A stretch of DNA of 64,000 nucleotides from Clostridia bacterium (GTDB lineage: Bacteria > Bacillota > Clostridia > UMGS1840), in the NCBI GenBank assembly GCA_045631485.1, contig JAZQUU010000038.1:89856-153855 (forward strand), written 5' to 3'. The notes beneath the pieces were generated by a model that did not search any database, was not told the origin of the DNA, and was given only the letters and a program-made list of their open reading frames with translations. Below, one piece after another: positions 53,414-64,000 of the stretch. The position numbers were made by a program, and so were the translations under genes. Each line of letters opens with the position of its first letter. Within the stretch, counting starts at the first letter, position 1.

Positions 53414-55612
53414 ATGGACGCTATGGAACGCATCACGGGACTTGTGGAAGAAGTAATATACTATAATGATGAAAACGGCTATGGTGTGGTGGCTTTGGAA
53501 ACCTCCGAGGATTATGTAAATGTGGCGGGCAATTTGCCCATGATTGCCGAGGGCGAAAGCATTATTGCTTACGGAAAATGGGTAGAGCATCCCAAGTTCG
53601 GCACTCAGTTTCAATGTGAATATTACGAACCACACTTAGAGCAAGATACCGCCTCCATTTATAAATTTTTATCCAGCGGATTTATCCGTGGTGTGGGTCC
53701 TGCCACCGCTAAAAAGATTGTGGATAAATTCGGAGAAGAAACCTTGCAAATCATAGAGCTTTATCCCGAACGGATTTCTGAAATTTCGGGGGTTTCTCTG
53801 CCGAAAGCGATCCTGATTCACAAGGATTATATGAAAAAAATCGAAGTGCAGAATGTGGTATCCTATTTTATGAAATTCGGTCTCTCCCCCACCATTGCGG
53901 TGAAGGTGTATAACACCCTGGGGAGCGGCGCCATCAAGCTTTGTAATCAAAATCCCTATATCATCTGCGAAAAGGTGGAAAAAATCGGATTTTTAACCGT
54001 GGATAAAATCGCCGAAGAAATGGGCATCCCAAAAAATTCCATGGAACGGCTCAAATCGGGAGTAACTTATCTCCTATATCAGGCGGCATACAACGGGCAT
54101 ACCTGCTTCCCGAAGGAAGAACTTGTCACCGAAGCAAAAGCACTTTTAAATGTGGGTGAAACGGAAGTGGAAAATGCGTTGTCCCTGCTTCTGATGGAGG
54201 GCAGAATCATCAATGTGAAAAAAGCGGGAATCGTATTTTATTCTCTCCCCCATTTTTACTTAGCCGAAACCTATATTGCCGCAAGACTTTCCGCTCTGCA
54301 ACAAACAAAATGTGAAGATTTATCCAAAAAGCTGGATATCGACGACCTTTGTGATGTGTCATTATCTTCGGAACAAAAAGAAGCGATCACCGAAGCCTTA
54401 AAGCAGAAAGTATTCATCATAACGGGCGGTCCCGGAACGGGAAAAACCACCGTAATCAAAAGCCTGCTTACCGCCTTTGATGCCTTAAACAAAAAGGTAA
54501 TTTTGGCAGCTCCCACAGGCCGTGCCGCCAAACGAATTTCGGAAGTGACGGGCAAAAATGCAAAAACCATTCACCGTTTGCTGGAAGTAAAACAAGCAGG
54601 CGGTGACCGCCCACAGTTTGAGAGAAACGAGCAAAATCCCGTGCGGTGCGATGTGGTGATTGTGGACGAAATGTCTATGACGGATTCCCTGCTTTTTGAA
54701 TCTTTTTTACGGGCATTTTCCGAGAAAACCCGCATCATTATGGTGGGTGACTGCGACCAGCTTCCTCCCGTGGGAGCAGGAAATGTGCTCAAGGATATGA
54801 TTGCCTCCGATGCGGTAGCAAAAATCAGTTTCCATCAGATTTTCCGGCAGGAAAACGCTTCTCAGATAGTGGAAAATGCGCACCGCATTTTAAACTTTGA
54901 AGAACCGGTATATAACGGAGACGGAAGTGACTTTTTCTTTGTGGGAAGCCCCAATGGTGAGGACACGGTGGCAACCGTGTGTGATTTGGTGGAAAACCGT
55001 TTGCCCAATTTTTTAAATATTTCTCCCGATAAAATTCAGGTGCTCACCCCTATGCGAAAAAGTGTGTTGGGGTCGGTTGCTTTAAATAATGCCTTAAAAC
55101 AGACCTTAAATCCCGTTCGCAAAAACCAACCCCAAAAATCGGCAAACGGATATGTATTTTCCAAATTTGACCGTGTGATGCAGACCAAAAACGATTACGA
55201 TATCGAATGGGAAACCGAGGACGGTTACCGTGGACAAGGCATCTATAACGGGGATATGGGCGTAATCACCGAAATTGATTTGGAAAATAAGGAAATGACC
55301 ATCCTCTTTGATGAAGATAAAACCGTCTGCTACGATTTTATGAAGTTGGAAAACTTAGAGCTTGCCTATGCGGTGACGGTGCATAAAAGCCAGGGCAGTG
55401 AATTTGATGCGGTGGTGATACCCTTGGTGTACGGTTATCCTCAACTGATGACCCAGAATTTGTTATACACCGCTGTAACCCGTGCCAAAACCTTTGTGTG
55501 CATTGTGGGACGAAAATCCTGCGTCACGGGAATGATTCATAACAATACCGAGCAAAAACGATATACCAATTTGGCAGATTTTCTGGCAGAGGCGGAGGAA
55601 GTCCCGTTTTAA
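53414..55612 (+). CDS. recD2: ATP-dependent RecD-like DNA helicase (RecD2, SF1B)
   Basis: Start at the ATG at 53414 after AAGGAGGA. MERITGLVEEVIYYNDENGYGV N-terminus, HhH region, Walker A GGPGTGKTT, DEMSM, GDCDQLPPVGAG, YAVTVHKSQGSEF. Confidence 0.9.
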   Translation: MDAMERITGLVEEVIYYNDENGYGVVALETSEDYVNVAGNLPMIAEGESIIAYGKWVEHPKFGTQFQCEYYEPHLEQDTASIYKFLSSGFIRGVGPATAKKIVDKFGEETLQIIELYPERISEISGVSLPKAILIHKDYMKKIEVQNVVSYFMKFGLSPTIAVKVYNTLGSGAIKLCNQNPYIICEKVEKIGFLTVDKIAEEMGIPKNSMERLKSGVTYLLYQAAYNGHTCFPKEELVTEAKALLNVGETEVENALSLLLMEGRIINVKKAGIVFYSLPHFYLAETYIAARLSALQQTKCEDLSKKLDIDDLCDVSLSSEQKEAITEALKQKVFIITGGPGTGKTTVIKSLLTAFDALNKKVILAAPTGRAAKRISEVTGKNAKTIHRLLEVKQAGGDRPQFERNEQNPVRCDVVIVDEMSMTDSLLFESFLRAFSEKTRIIMVGDCDQLPPVGAGNVLKDMIASDAVAKISFHQIFRQENASQIVENAHRILNFEEPVYNGDGSDFFFVGSPNGEDTVATVCDLVENRLPNFLNISPDKIQVLTPMRKSVLGSVALNNALKQTLNPVRKNQPQKSANGYVFSKFDRVMQTKNDYDIEWETEDGYRGQGIYNGDMGVITEIDLENKEMTILFDEDKTVCYDFMKLENLELAYAVTVHKSQGSEFDAVVIPLVYGYPQLMTQNLLYTAVTRAKTFVCIVGRKSCVTGMIHNNTEQKRYTNLADFLAEAEEVPF

Positions 55613-55627
55613 GAAAGACCATCTTCT

Positions 55628-55709
55628 TGTAGGGACAGATGCCCACATCTGTCCGCTCCATTCATTGTACAATTCAAAACACGGGACGGTGTGGGCACCG
55701 TCCCCTACA
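55628..55709. repeat. inverted pair of REP-like hairpins (BIME-like) between recD2 and groEL
   Basis: tgtagggacagatgcccacatctgtcc (55628-55654) and gggacggtgtgggcaccgtcccctaca (55683-55709). The reverse complement of the second aligns to the first with compensatory stem changes. Same tgtaggg head as the RAYT-embedded copies. Confidence 0.75.
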
Positions 55710-55723
55710 AATAACACAAATAC

Positions 55724-55766
55724 AAAAAAAGGATTGGAATCTATTAAAAGATTCCAATCCTTTTTT
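55724..55766. terminator. bidirectional rho-independent terminator (recD2 / groEL)
   Basis: ggattggaatc (55731-55741) pairs with gattccaatcc (55750-55760), a perfect 11-bp stem. Flanked by A7 and T6. Confidence 0.85.
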
Positions 55767-55803
55767 ATTTGTAATGTTGTAGTCTCGACGGATACCAAAA
55801 AAA

Positions 55804-57468
<1,665 letters not shown>

Positions 57469-57514
57469 CTATTGCAAAAGAGAACTCACTGTTTGAGTCC
57501 GAAGATTAAAAAGA

Positions 57515-57829
<315 letters not shown>

Positions 57830-57849
57830 TCATAGGATTTTCGACAATT

Positions 57850-57876
57850 TTAGCACTCTTAACTTTAGAGTGCTAA
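57850..57876. promoter_or_regulatory. CIRCE operator (HrcA binding site)
   Basis: TTAGCACTC-ttaacttta-GAGTGCTAA, a perfect match to the CIRCE consensus TTAGCACTC-N9-GAGTGCTAA, in the groES leader. Confidence 0.95.
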
Positions 57877-57879
57877 TTC

Positions 57880-57908
57880 ATTATAATAGAGGTCACCGAT
57901 AATCGCAA
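57880..57908 (-). promoter_or_regulatory. sigma-A promoter of groES-groEL
   Basis: Minus strand: TTGCGA (57908-57903), 17 nt, TATAAT (57885-57880), directly upstream of CIRCE. Confidence 0.7.
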
Positions 57909-58090
57909 TCATAGATAAATCCGATTATCGCAAATTAAACTTGTTTTTCTTTTCATTTCTTTTATTTTCTCTTGTTTTTAAAGGTTTTCCGATTTTTAGC
58001 AAAAACCCCGTATTTTTCCGTATTTTGATAAGAATGTGATCGTTTTGCTCCTTGTTTTCAAAAAAACTTTGCACATCCGGTTTGTTCCAC

Positions 58091-58121
58091 AAAAAATGCC
58101 GCACCCCTTCGGATGCGGCAT
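58091..58121 (-). terminator. rho-independent terminator of pckG
   Basis: atgccgca pairs with tgcggcat with an inner cc/gg. T6 follows on the minus strand. Confidence 0.75.
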
Positions 58122-58138
58122 CATATTGTTTGGTAAGA

Positions 58139-59890
58139 TTATTTAGATAATCTTGCTTTTAAGTTTTCCAGTTCAGCTGCTAATTCTTTGGGCAGTCTGT
58201 CGCCGAATTTTGCGAAGAATTCGCCGATACCTTTGGTTTCTTCTAACCAAACTTCTTTATCAACGCTTAACAGTTCGGTTAATACTTCGTCAGAAATATC
58301 CAGACCGGTTAAGTCTAAATCTTCTTTCTTGGGCAGGTAACCGATTTCGGTTTCTACTGCATCAACTTCGCCTGCGCATCTAGCTAAAATCCAGTTTAAC
58401 ACACGAACGTTGTCACCAAATCCGGGCCAGATGAATTTGCCGTCTGCATTGGTTCTGAACCAGTTAACGTGGAAGATTAAGGGCAGTTTGTCGGTTTTGG
58501 TGCCCATATCTAACCAGTGCTGGAAGTAGTCACCCATATTGTATCCGCAGAAGGGAATCATAGCCATGGGGTCACGACGAACCACGCCAACTGCACCTGC
58601 AGCTGCTGCGGTGGTTTCAGAAGCCATGGTAGCACCCATGAATACACCGTGATTCCAGTTGAAGGACTGATATACCAGGGGAGCGGTTTTTGCACGTCTT
58701 CCGCCGAATACGATTGCAGAAAGCGGTACACCTGCGGTGGATTCAAATTCGGAAGAGATGCAGGGGCACTGAGCTGCAGGAGCGGTGAATCTGGAGTTGG
58801 GATGTGCACCTTTTACGCCGGATTCGGGAGTCCAGGGGTTACCTAACCAGTCGGTACCGGTTGCAGGAGCGTCACCGTCCATACCTTCCCACCATACAGT
58901 GTTGTCATCTTTCAAGAATACGTTGGTGAAGATGGTGTTTTTCATGGTGGTAGCTAATGCGTTGGGGTTGGTTTTGTTGGAGGTACCGGGAGCAACGCCG
59001 AAGAAACCTGCTTCGGGGTTCATAGCCCACAGTCTTCCGTCTTCGCCAACACGGATCCAAGCGATATCATCACCTACGGTATATACTTTGTAACCTTTTA
59101 AGATAGAGGGAGGAATTAACATTGCCAGGTTGGTTTTACCGCAAGCAGAGGGGAACGCTGCAGCAATGTATTTCACTTCGCCTTTGGGATTTTCTAAGCC
59201 TAAGATGAGCATGTGTTCTGCCATCCAGCCTTCTTTTTTACCCAGGTAGCTTGCAATTCTTAATGCCAGACATTTTTTACCTAAGAGAACGTTTCCGCCG
59301 TATGCGGAGTTGATGCTCCAGATGGTGTTGTCCTGGGGGAAATGCATAATATATCTTTCATCGGGGTTTACATCTTTACAAGCGTGTAAACATTTGGTGA
59401 AATCAGCGCTGTCACCCAGCTGTTTTTCAGCCTGGATACCAACACGGGTCATAATAGCCATGTTTAATACAACATAGATGCTGTCGGTGATTTCGATACC
59501 AACTTTAGAGAAGGGAGAGCCTAACACACCCATGATGAAAGGAATAACATACATGGTTTTGCCTGCCATGGAACCATCAAATAATTTGCCTAATTTTTCG
59601 TAAGCAGCTTTGGGATCCATCCAGTTGTTGGTGGGGCCTGCTTCTTCTTCGCTGGTTGCACAGATAAAGGTTCTGTCTTCTACACGAGCAACGTCGTTCT
59701 GAGCGGTTCTGTGATAGAAGCAACCGGGTAATTTTTCCTGGTCTAAACGGATGATTTCACCGGATTTGCAAGACTGTTCTCTTAACGCATCCAGCTGTTC
59801 TTCGCTTCCGTCAATCCATACTACGTTAGCGGGTTTTACCAGGTTTTTCATTTCTTCAACCCAGCTTAACACAAATTTGTTGTCAGTCAT
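58139..59890 (-). CDS. pckG: phosphoenolpyruvate carboxykinase (GTP)
   Basis: 583 aa, GTP-type length. Kinase-1a loop AAAFPSACGKTNLAML, FGGRR, NWFR. Confidence 0.92.
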   Translation of the reverse strand: MTDNKFVLSWVEEMKNLVKPANVVWIDGSEEQLDALREQSCKSGEIIRLDQEKLPGCFYHRTAQNDVARVEDRTFICATSEEEAGPTNNWMDPKAAYEKLGKLFDGSMAGKTMYVIPFIMGVLGSPFSKVGIEITDSIYVVLNMAIMTRVGIQAEKQLGDSADFTKCLHACKDVNPDERYIMHFPQDNTIWSINSAYGGNVLLGKKCLALRIASYLGKKEGWMAEHMLILGLENPKGEVKYIAAAFPSACGKTNLAMLIPPSILKGYKVYTVGDDIAWIRVGEDGRLWAMNPEAGFFGVAPGTSNKTNPNALATTMKNTIFTNVFLKDDNTVWWEGMDGDAPATGTDWLGNPWTPESGVKGAHPNSRFTAPAAQCPCISSEFESTAGVPLSAIVFGGRRAKTAPLVYQSFNWNHGVFMGATMASETTAAAAGAVGVVRRDPMAMIPFCGYNMGDYFQHWLDMGTKTDKLPLIFHVNWFRTNADGKFIWPGFGDNVRVLNWILARCAGEVDAVETEIGYLPKKEDLDLTGLDISDEVLTELLSVDKEVWLEETKGIGEFFAKFGDRLPKELAAELENLKARLSK

Positions 59891-60077
59891 AGTGATAACT
59901 CCTTTTTCATTCTATAATAAACTATATTTTTAATCATTTTCGGGGGCGGTATTTTTGGAAAAATCCTATTCCCACCCATTATACCACCAATATACCACAC
60001 TTTTTTTCTTTTTGCAAGTGTTTTTTTTTATTTTTTTGAAATTTTTTTGCTTCGTTTTGATTTTGTTTATTTGGGAT

Positions 60078-60881
60078 TTATTTTCCCTGCTCCCCCATCA
60101 GGTCGCTTAATTTGCAAAAATCAGAAAGAGAAAGCTTTTCTCCCCGAATGGTTTCGGATAAGCCACAGGCAGTGATATAGCCGATTGCTTCCTCACGGGA
60201 TAAGCCGAAGCTTTGCATCAAGCAGTTGGACAAGGTCTTTCTTCTGTTGGAAAATGCTGCTTTCACCACCGAGAAGAAATGTTTTTCGTTTTTGGGAGAA
60301 ACCGCTTTTTCCTCCCGGAAAGATAATTTCATCACGGCGGAGGTTACTTTCGGGATGGGGTCAAAGGCTTCGGGAGGAACCGTAAAGAGAAGCTCGGTAT
60401 CGCAATGGTAATTGCAAAACACCGAAATGGCACCGTAATCTTTTTCGGTCTGGTCGGCGCAGATTCTCTTTGCCACCTCTAATTGCACCATCACGGTCAA
60501 GCTTTTCAGACCGCATGGATTTTCCACCAATTTGGTAATAATGGGAGTGGTGATATAATAAGGCAAATTTGCCACCACAATCATATTGTCAGTGACAATT
60601 TTGGATAAATCGGTTTCTAAAATATCTGCATTGATGATGGTGAAATTATCACGAGCCCCGTGTTTTTTCACCAGATTGTGATACAAACGGTCGTCAATTT
60701 CCACGGCAACCACATTTCTTGCACGCTCCACCAACAAATCGGTAACAGCACCTAATCCGGGGCCGATTTCCAACACATCGGTATCTTTGTTCACACCCGA
60801 TCGGGTCACAATATTATCAATCACCGAGTCGTCCTGCAAGAAATTTTGCCCCAATGATTTTTTTGCCACAATTTTTGCCAT
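60078..60881 (-). CDS. rsmA: 16S rRNA (adenine1518/1519-N6)-dimethyltransferase
   Basis: MAKIVAKKSLGQNFLQD, VLEIGPGLGAVT, VANLPYYITTPI. Start at the ATG at 60881. Confidence 0.92.
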   Translation of the reverse strand: MAKIVAKKSLGQNFLQDDSVIDNIVTRSGVNKDTDVLEIGPGLGAVTDLLVERARNVVAVEIDDRLYHNLVKKHGARDNFTIINADILETDLSKIVTDNMIVVANLPYYITTPIITKLVENPCGLKSLTVMVQLEVAKRICADQTEKDYGAISVFCNYHCDTELLFTVPPEAFDPIPKVTSAVMKLSFREEKAVSPKNEKHFFSVVKAAFSNRRKTLSNCLMQSFGLSREEAIGYITACGLSETIRGEKLSLSDFCKLSDLMGEQGK

Positions 60882-60982
60882 ATCATTTCGTTCCCTTTCC
60901 CGTCGAAATTTCCTCATATATATCATAGCATAAAAACAGTCGTCTGTCAAACATTCGGCATATCTTTTTCGCAATTTTTCAA

Positions 60983-61018
60983 CAAAAAAACTCTCAGGAA
61001 AGGTTTTCCTGAGAGTTT
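60983..61018 (-). terminator. rho-independent terminator after nfnB
   Basis: ctctcagg (60990-60997) pairs with cctgagag (61007-61014), extended by A:T pairs. A7 on the plus strand gives a T-run on the minus strand. Confidence 0.75.
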
Positions 61019-61028
61019 TATGGGATTT

Positions 61029-62414
61029 TTATTTGTTTTCCAGATATTCTTTGATGGATTTTGCAGCGGTTTTGCCTGCACCCATGGCAAGAATAACGGT
61101 TGCGGCACCGGTTACGGCGTCACCGCCGGCATACACACCTTCTCGGGAGGTTTTGCCGTTTTCGTCGGTTACGATGCAACCGTGAGAGTTTGTTTCCAAG
61201 CCCTCGGTGGTGCTCTTAATCAACGCATTGGGAGAGGTACCGATAGACATAATCACCGCATCCACGGGCAACACAAATTCACTGTCTGCCTTTTCGATGG
61301 GGCGTCTTCTGCCGGAATCGTCGGGTTCGCCCAGTTCCATTTCCACGCAACGGATACCGGAAACGAATTTATTTTCGTCTCCCACAATTTCTTTGGGATT
61401 GCAAAGTACCTTAAAGTGAATGCCTTCTTCCATGGCGTGTTCCACTTCTTCTTTTCTGGCAGGCATTTCATCCAGGGAACGACGATACACAATGTACACA
61501 TTTTCCGCACCCAGACGTTTTGCGCAACGGGCAGCATCCATCGCCACGTTACCGCCGCCTACTACTGCCACATTTTTGGCGTGCAGAACGGGAGTTCTGG
61601 AATCTTCCCGATATGCTTTCATTAAGTTCACACGGGTCAGAAATTCGTTGGCGGAATACACACCGTTTAAGTTTTCGCCCGGGATTTTCATAAATCTGGG
61701 AAGACCGGCACCGGAGCCGATAAACACAGCATCAAAACCTTCGTCAAACAGTTCGTCAACCGCTAAGGTTTTGCCCACAACCACGTTGGTTTCCACTTTT
61801 ACGCCAATCTGTTTTAATTTTTCAATTTCTGCCTGCACAATAGCTTTGGGCAAACGGAATTCGGGAATACCGTACACCAACACACCACCTGCAATATGGA
61901 GTGCTTCAAACACGGTTACTTCGTAGCCTTCTTTTGCCAGGTCCCCTGCACAGGTTAAGCCTGCGGGACCGGAACCGATTACCGCTACTTTTTTGCCGTT
62001 TTGCTTGGTTTCAACCTGTTCTTCTTTGCAATGTTCACGATGCCAGTCTGCCACAAAACGTTCTAATCTGCCGATAGCAACGGGTTCCCCTTTGATACCG
62101 CGGACACATTTTGCTTCGCACTGCACTTCCTGAGGACAAACACGTCCGCACACTGCAGGTAAGGAGGTGGACTGATTTAAAATCTGATACGCACCCTCGA
62201 TATCCCCCTCTTTAATCTTGCCGATAAAAGCAGGAATATCAATAGCAACGGGGCATCCGCCTACGCAGGGCTTATGCTTACAGCCTAAGCATCGTTCTGC
62301 CTCGTCTTTTGCCTGCTCCAAAGTGTAACCCAAAGCTACCTCGGAGAAGTTTTTATTACGAACATCTGCCTCCTGATGAGGCATGGGATTTTTTTGTAAA
62401 GACATATTCGGCAT
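61029..62414 (-). CDS. nfnB: NADPH-dependent glutamate-synthase-small-subunit-like flavoprotein (NfnB / GltA homotetrameric type)
   Basis: Two N-terminal Cys clusters (CLGCKHKPCVGGCP; CGRVCPQEVQCEAKC). Dinucleotide folds VAVIGSGPAGL and VAVVGGGNVAMD, plus GVYAGGD. Confidence 0.85.
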   Translation of the reverse strand: MPNMSLQKNPMPHQEADVRNKNFSEVALGYTLEQAKDEAERCLGCKHKPCVGGCPVAIDIPAFIGKIKEGDIEGAYQILNQSTSLPAVCGRVCPQEVQCEAKCVRGIKGEPVAIGRLERFVADWHREHCKEEQVETKQNGKKVAVIGSGPAGLTCAGDLAKEGYEVTVFEALHIAGGVLVYGIPEFRLPKAIVQAEIEKLKQIGVKVETNVVVGKTLAVDELFDEGFDAVFIGSGAGLPRFMKIPGENLNGVYSANEFLTRVNLMKAYREDSRTPVLHAKNVAVVGGGNVAMDAARCAKRLGAENVYIVYRRSLDEMPARKEEVEHAMEEGIHFKVLCNPKEIVGDENKFVSGIRCVEMELGEPDDSGRRRPIEKADSEFVLPVDAVIMSIGTSPNALIKSTTEGLETNSHGCIVTDENGKTSREGVYAGGDAVTGAATVILAMGAGKTAAKSIKEYLENK

Positions 62415-62415
62415 C

Positions 62416-63255
62416 TTATTTTACCCCCTTAAAGAGATTGCAGGCATCTTCGTGACGGTGACGCTCAAACCCGTGATACATACGGGAACGCTGAATCGCT
62501 TCGTCAAAATCTACCAGATGACCGTCAAAATCGGGGCCGTCCACACAAGCAAACTTGGTTTCACCGCCCACAGTCAGTCGGCAACCGCCGCACATACCCG
62601 TTCCGTCAATCATCACGGGATTCATGCTTACGGTGGTTTTTACGCCGTATTCTTTGGTTAATTTACAAACAAACTTCATCATAATGAGCGGACCGATTAC
62701 GATCACTTCGTCGTACTGTTCGCCGCTTTCGATAAGGGCTTTTAATGCATCGGTTACCAGACCTTTTTCTCCGTAGGAGCCGTCATCGGTCATCATGCAA
62801 AGACGGTTGCTTACCGCTTTAAATTCATCTTCCAGAATTACTAAGTCTTTATTTCTGAAGCCAACCACGGAATGCACTTCGGTGCCCTGTTTATGAAGTG
62901 CTTTGGCAATGGGATATGCAATGGCACAACCAACGCCGCCGCCCACAACTGCCACTTTCTTTAAGCCTTCAATGTGGGTAGGAACGCCCAACGGACCCAC
63001 AAAATCGTGGATAAATCCGCCTTCGGGAATGTGATTTAAAAGTTCGGTGGATTCTCCCACTACCTGGAAAATCACGGTTACGGTGCCTGCATCAATATCG
63101 GTATCCGCAACGGTTAAGGGAATACGTTCTCCGTTTTCATCCACTCTTAAAATAATGAACTGACCGGGCAACGCTTTTTTGGCAACACGGGGAGCTTTCA
63201 CCGCAATTCTGGTCACGGTGGGATTTAATTCTTCCCGCTTGGTAATCTGAAACAT
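62416..63255 (-). CDS. nfnA: ferredoxin-NADP+ reductase-like FAD/[2Fe-2S] subunit (NfnA)
   Basis: PGQFIILRV..GERIPLT (FAD), VVGGGVGCA (NAD), C-terminal CGGCRLTVGGETKFACVDGPDF 2Fe-2S motif. The stop lies 1 nt before the nfnB start. Confidence 0.85.
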   Translation of the reverse strand: MFQITKREELNPTVTRIAVKAPRVAKKALPGQFIILRVDENGERIPLTVADTDIDAGTVTVIFQVVGESTELLNHIPEGGFIHDFVGPLGVPTHIEGLKKVAVVGGGVGCAIAYPIAKALHKQGTEVHSVVGFRNKDLVILEDEFKAVSNRLCMMTDDGSYGEKGLVTDALKALIESGEQYDEVIVIGPLIMMKFVCKLTKEYGVKTTVSMNPVMIDGTGMCGGCRLTVGGETKFACVDGPDFDGHLVDFDEAIQRSRMYHGFERHRHEDACNLFKGVK

Positions 63256-63467
63256 ATAAAAACCTCACTTTCGTATTCATAAGAATACCAAACTGTTTCG
63301 TTTATAAGAAAAAATGTTGCATTTTGTTTTTCTTTATCATCCTGATCTTCTATCATTATCAGTATATCACAAAACCTACGCATTTGTAAAGATATTTTTA
63401 AAAAATGGAAACTTTTTTCTCTCATTTGATTATTTCCAAAAAGGGATAGAAATAATACGGGATATAA

Positions 63468-63496
63468 TTGACAGAACAAAAATACTATGTTATACT
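63468..63496 (+). promoter_or_regulatory. sigma-A promoter upstream of rnj
   Basis: TTGACA (63468-63473), 17 nt, TATACT (63491-63496). Confidence 0.55.
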
Positions 63497-63545
63497 ATGA
63501 TAACTATTATTATGTTCGGAAAAATTTCAACATTGGAGGACTATT

Positions 63546-64000
63546 GTGGCAAAAAAGAAAATATTAAAGGTAATTCCCCTGGGCGGTCTGCACGAAATCG
63601 GAAAAAACATGACCGCTATTGAGTACGGAGATATCGGCATTTTAATCGACTGCGGAGTTGCCTTTCCCGACGAGAATATGCTGGGGGTTGACCTGGTAAT
63701 TCCCGACTTTTCGTACATTGTGAAGAATCAGCATAAATATAAGGCATTGGTGTTAACCCACGGTCACGAAGACCATATCGGCGCCATTCCCTATCTGATG
63801 AAGGATTGCACCATCCCCGTGTTCGGCACCAAGCTGACCAACGGTCTGGTCAAATTCAAATTAAAGGAACATAACCTGCTTTCCAAGGTTTCCTTAAATC
63901 AGGTTTCGGCAGGCGACAAATTAAAATTTGGCGACATCACCGTGGAATTTATTCACACCAACCACTCCATTGCGGATTCGGTTGCCATTGCAATTCACAC
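63546..64000 (+). CDS. rnj: ribonuclease J, N-terminal part (runs off the window end)
   Basis: GTG start 6 nt after GGAGG. (M)AKKKILKVIPLGGLHEIGKNMTAIEYGD...LVLTHGHEDHIGAIPYL is the metallo-beta-lactamase HxHxDH motif. Not in the ORF track because it is open-ended. Confidence 0.88.
   Translation, partial: MAKKKILKVIPLGGLHEIGKNMTAIEYGDIGILIDCGVAFPDENMLGVDLVIPDFSYIVKNQHKYKALVLTHGHEDHIGAIPYLMKDCTIPVFGTKLTNGLVKFKLKEHNLLSKVSLNQVSAGDKLKFGDITVEFIHTNHSIADSVAIAIH

Noticed and set aside
53150-53635. 161-aa minus-strand ORF spanning the LRR gene end, a terminator and the recD2 start
   Set aside because: It crosses a strong terminator and two well-supported plus-strand genes, so it is spurious.
57897-57931. 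Inverted repeat cgataatcg-N16-cgattatcg upstream of the groES promoter
   Set aside because: It overlaps the -35 region and could be incidental. There is no second copy or known operator consensus, so the support is too weak to call.
61020-61926. 201-aa and 168-aa plus-strand ORFs
   Set aside because: They are antisense to nfnB. The GC-rich third-position pattern of the real gene produces the long open antisense frames.

Overview
The window looks like a chromosomal segment of a spore-forming Clostridia-class Firmicute, judged from an alpha/beta SASP, SLH proteins, a CIRCE-groESL locus, remB-gyrB-gyrA and nfnAB. Almost everything from 1 to 44.5 kb is on the minus strand. There are four blocks. 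(1) 0.7-25.2 kb is a Gram-positive polysaccharide-utilisation locus. It holds a transmembrane AraC-type sensor-regulator, two SLH-anchored surface proteins, an LplABC-type ABC importer and a 1129-aa secreted protein carrying a 2 x 1002-bp tandem duplication. It also holds one secreted and one cytoplasmic heparinase II/III-family lyase, then a six-gene catabolic operon of unusual composition. (2) 25.2-30.3 kb is an accessory scar. It contains fragments of a GH2 gene, a serine recombinase and a tyrosine integrase. The intact cargo is a DUF960-like gene, a Zn-ribbon amidoligase and an Ntn class-II amidotransferase. A divergent Xis-like HTH gene is translationally coupled to a trypsin-like protease interrupted by an in-frame TAG. 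I rate the ligase/amidase cassette as the best candidate for an uncharacterised system. (3) 30.3-30.8 kb holds a tandem pair of homologous, hairpin-rich ~100-nt modules with one compensatory stem change, a candidate structured RNA. (4) 30.8-64 kb is housekeeping: hpf, a fumarase alpha subunit, a double GT-C glycosyltransferase, U32-trmR, prmA, gyrBA, remB, mutS2, recD2, groESL, pckG, rsmA, nfnAB, tRNA-Arg and the rnj 5' end. A RAYT-like HUH gene in this block carries two inverted REP-like hairpins inside its own reading frame. A related REP pair lies between recD2 and groEL. All calls rest on motif recognition by eye; no database search was possible.
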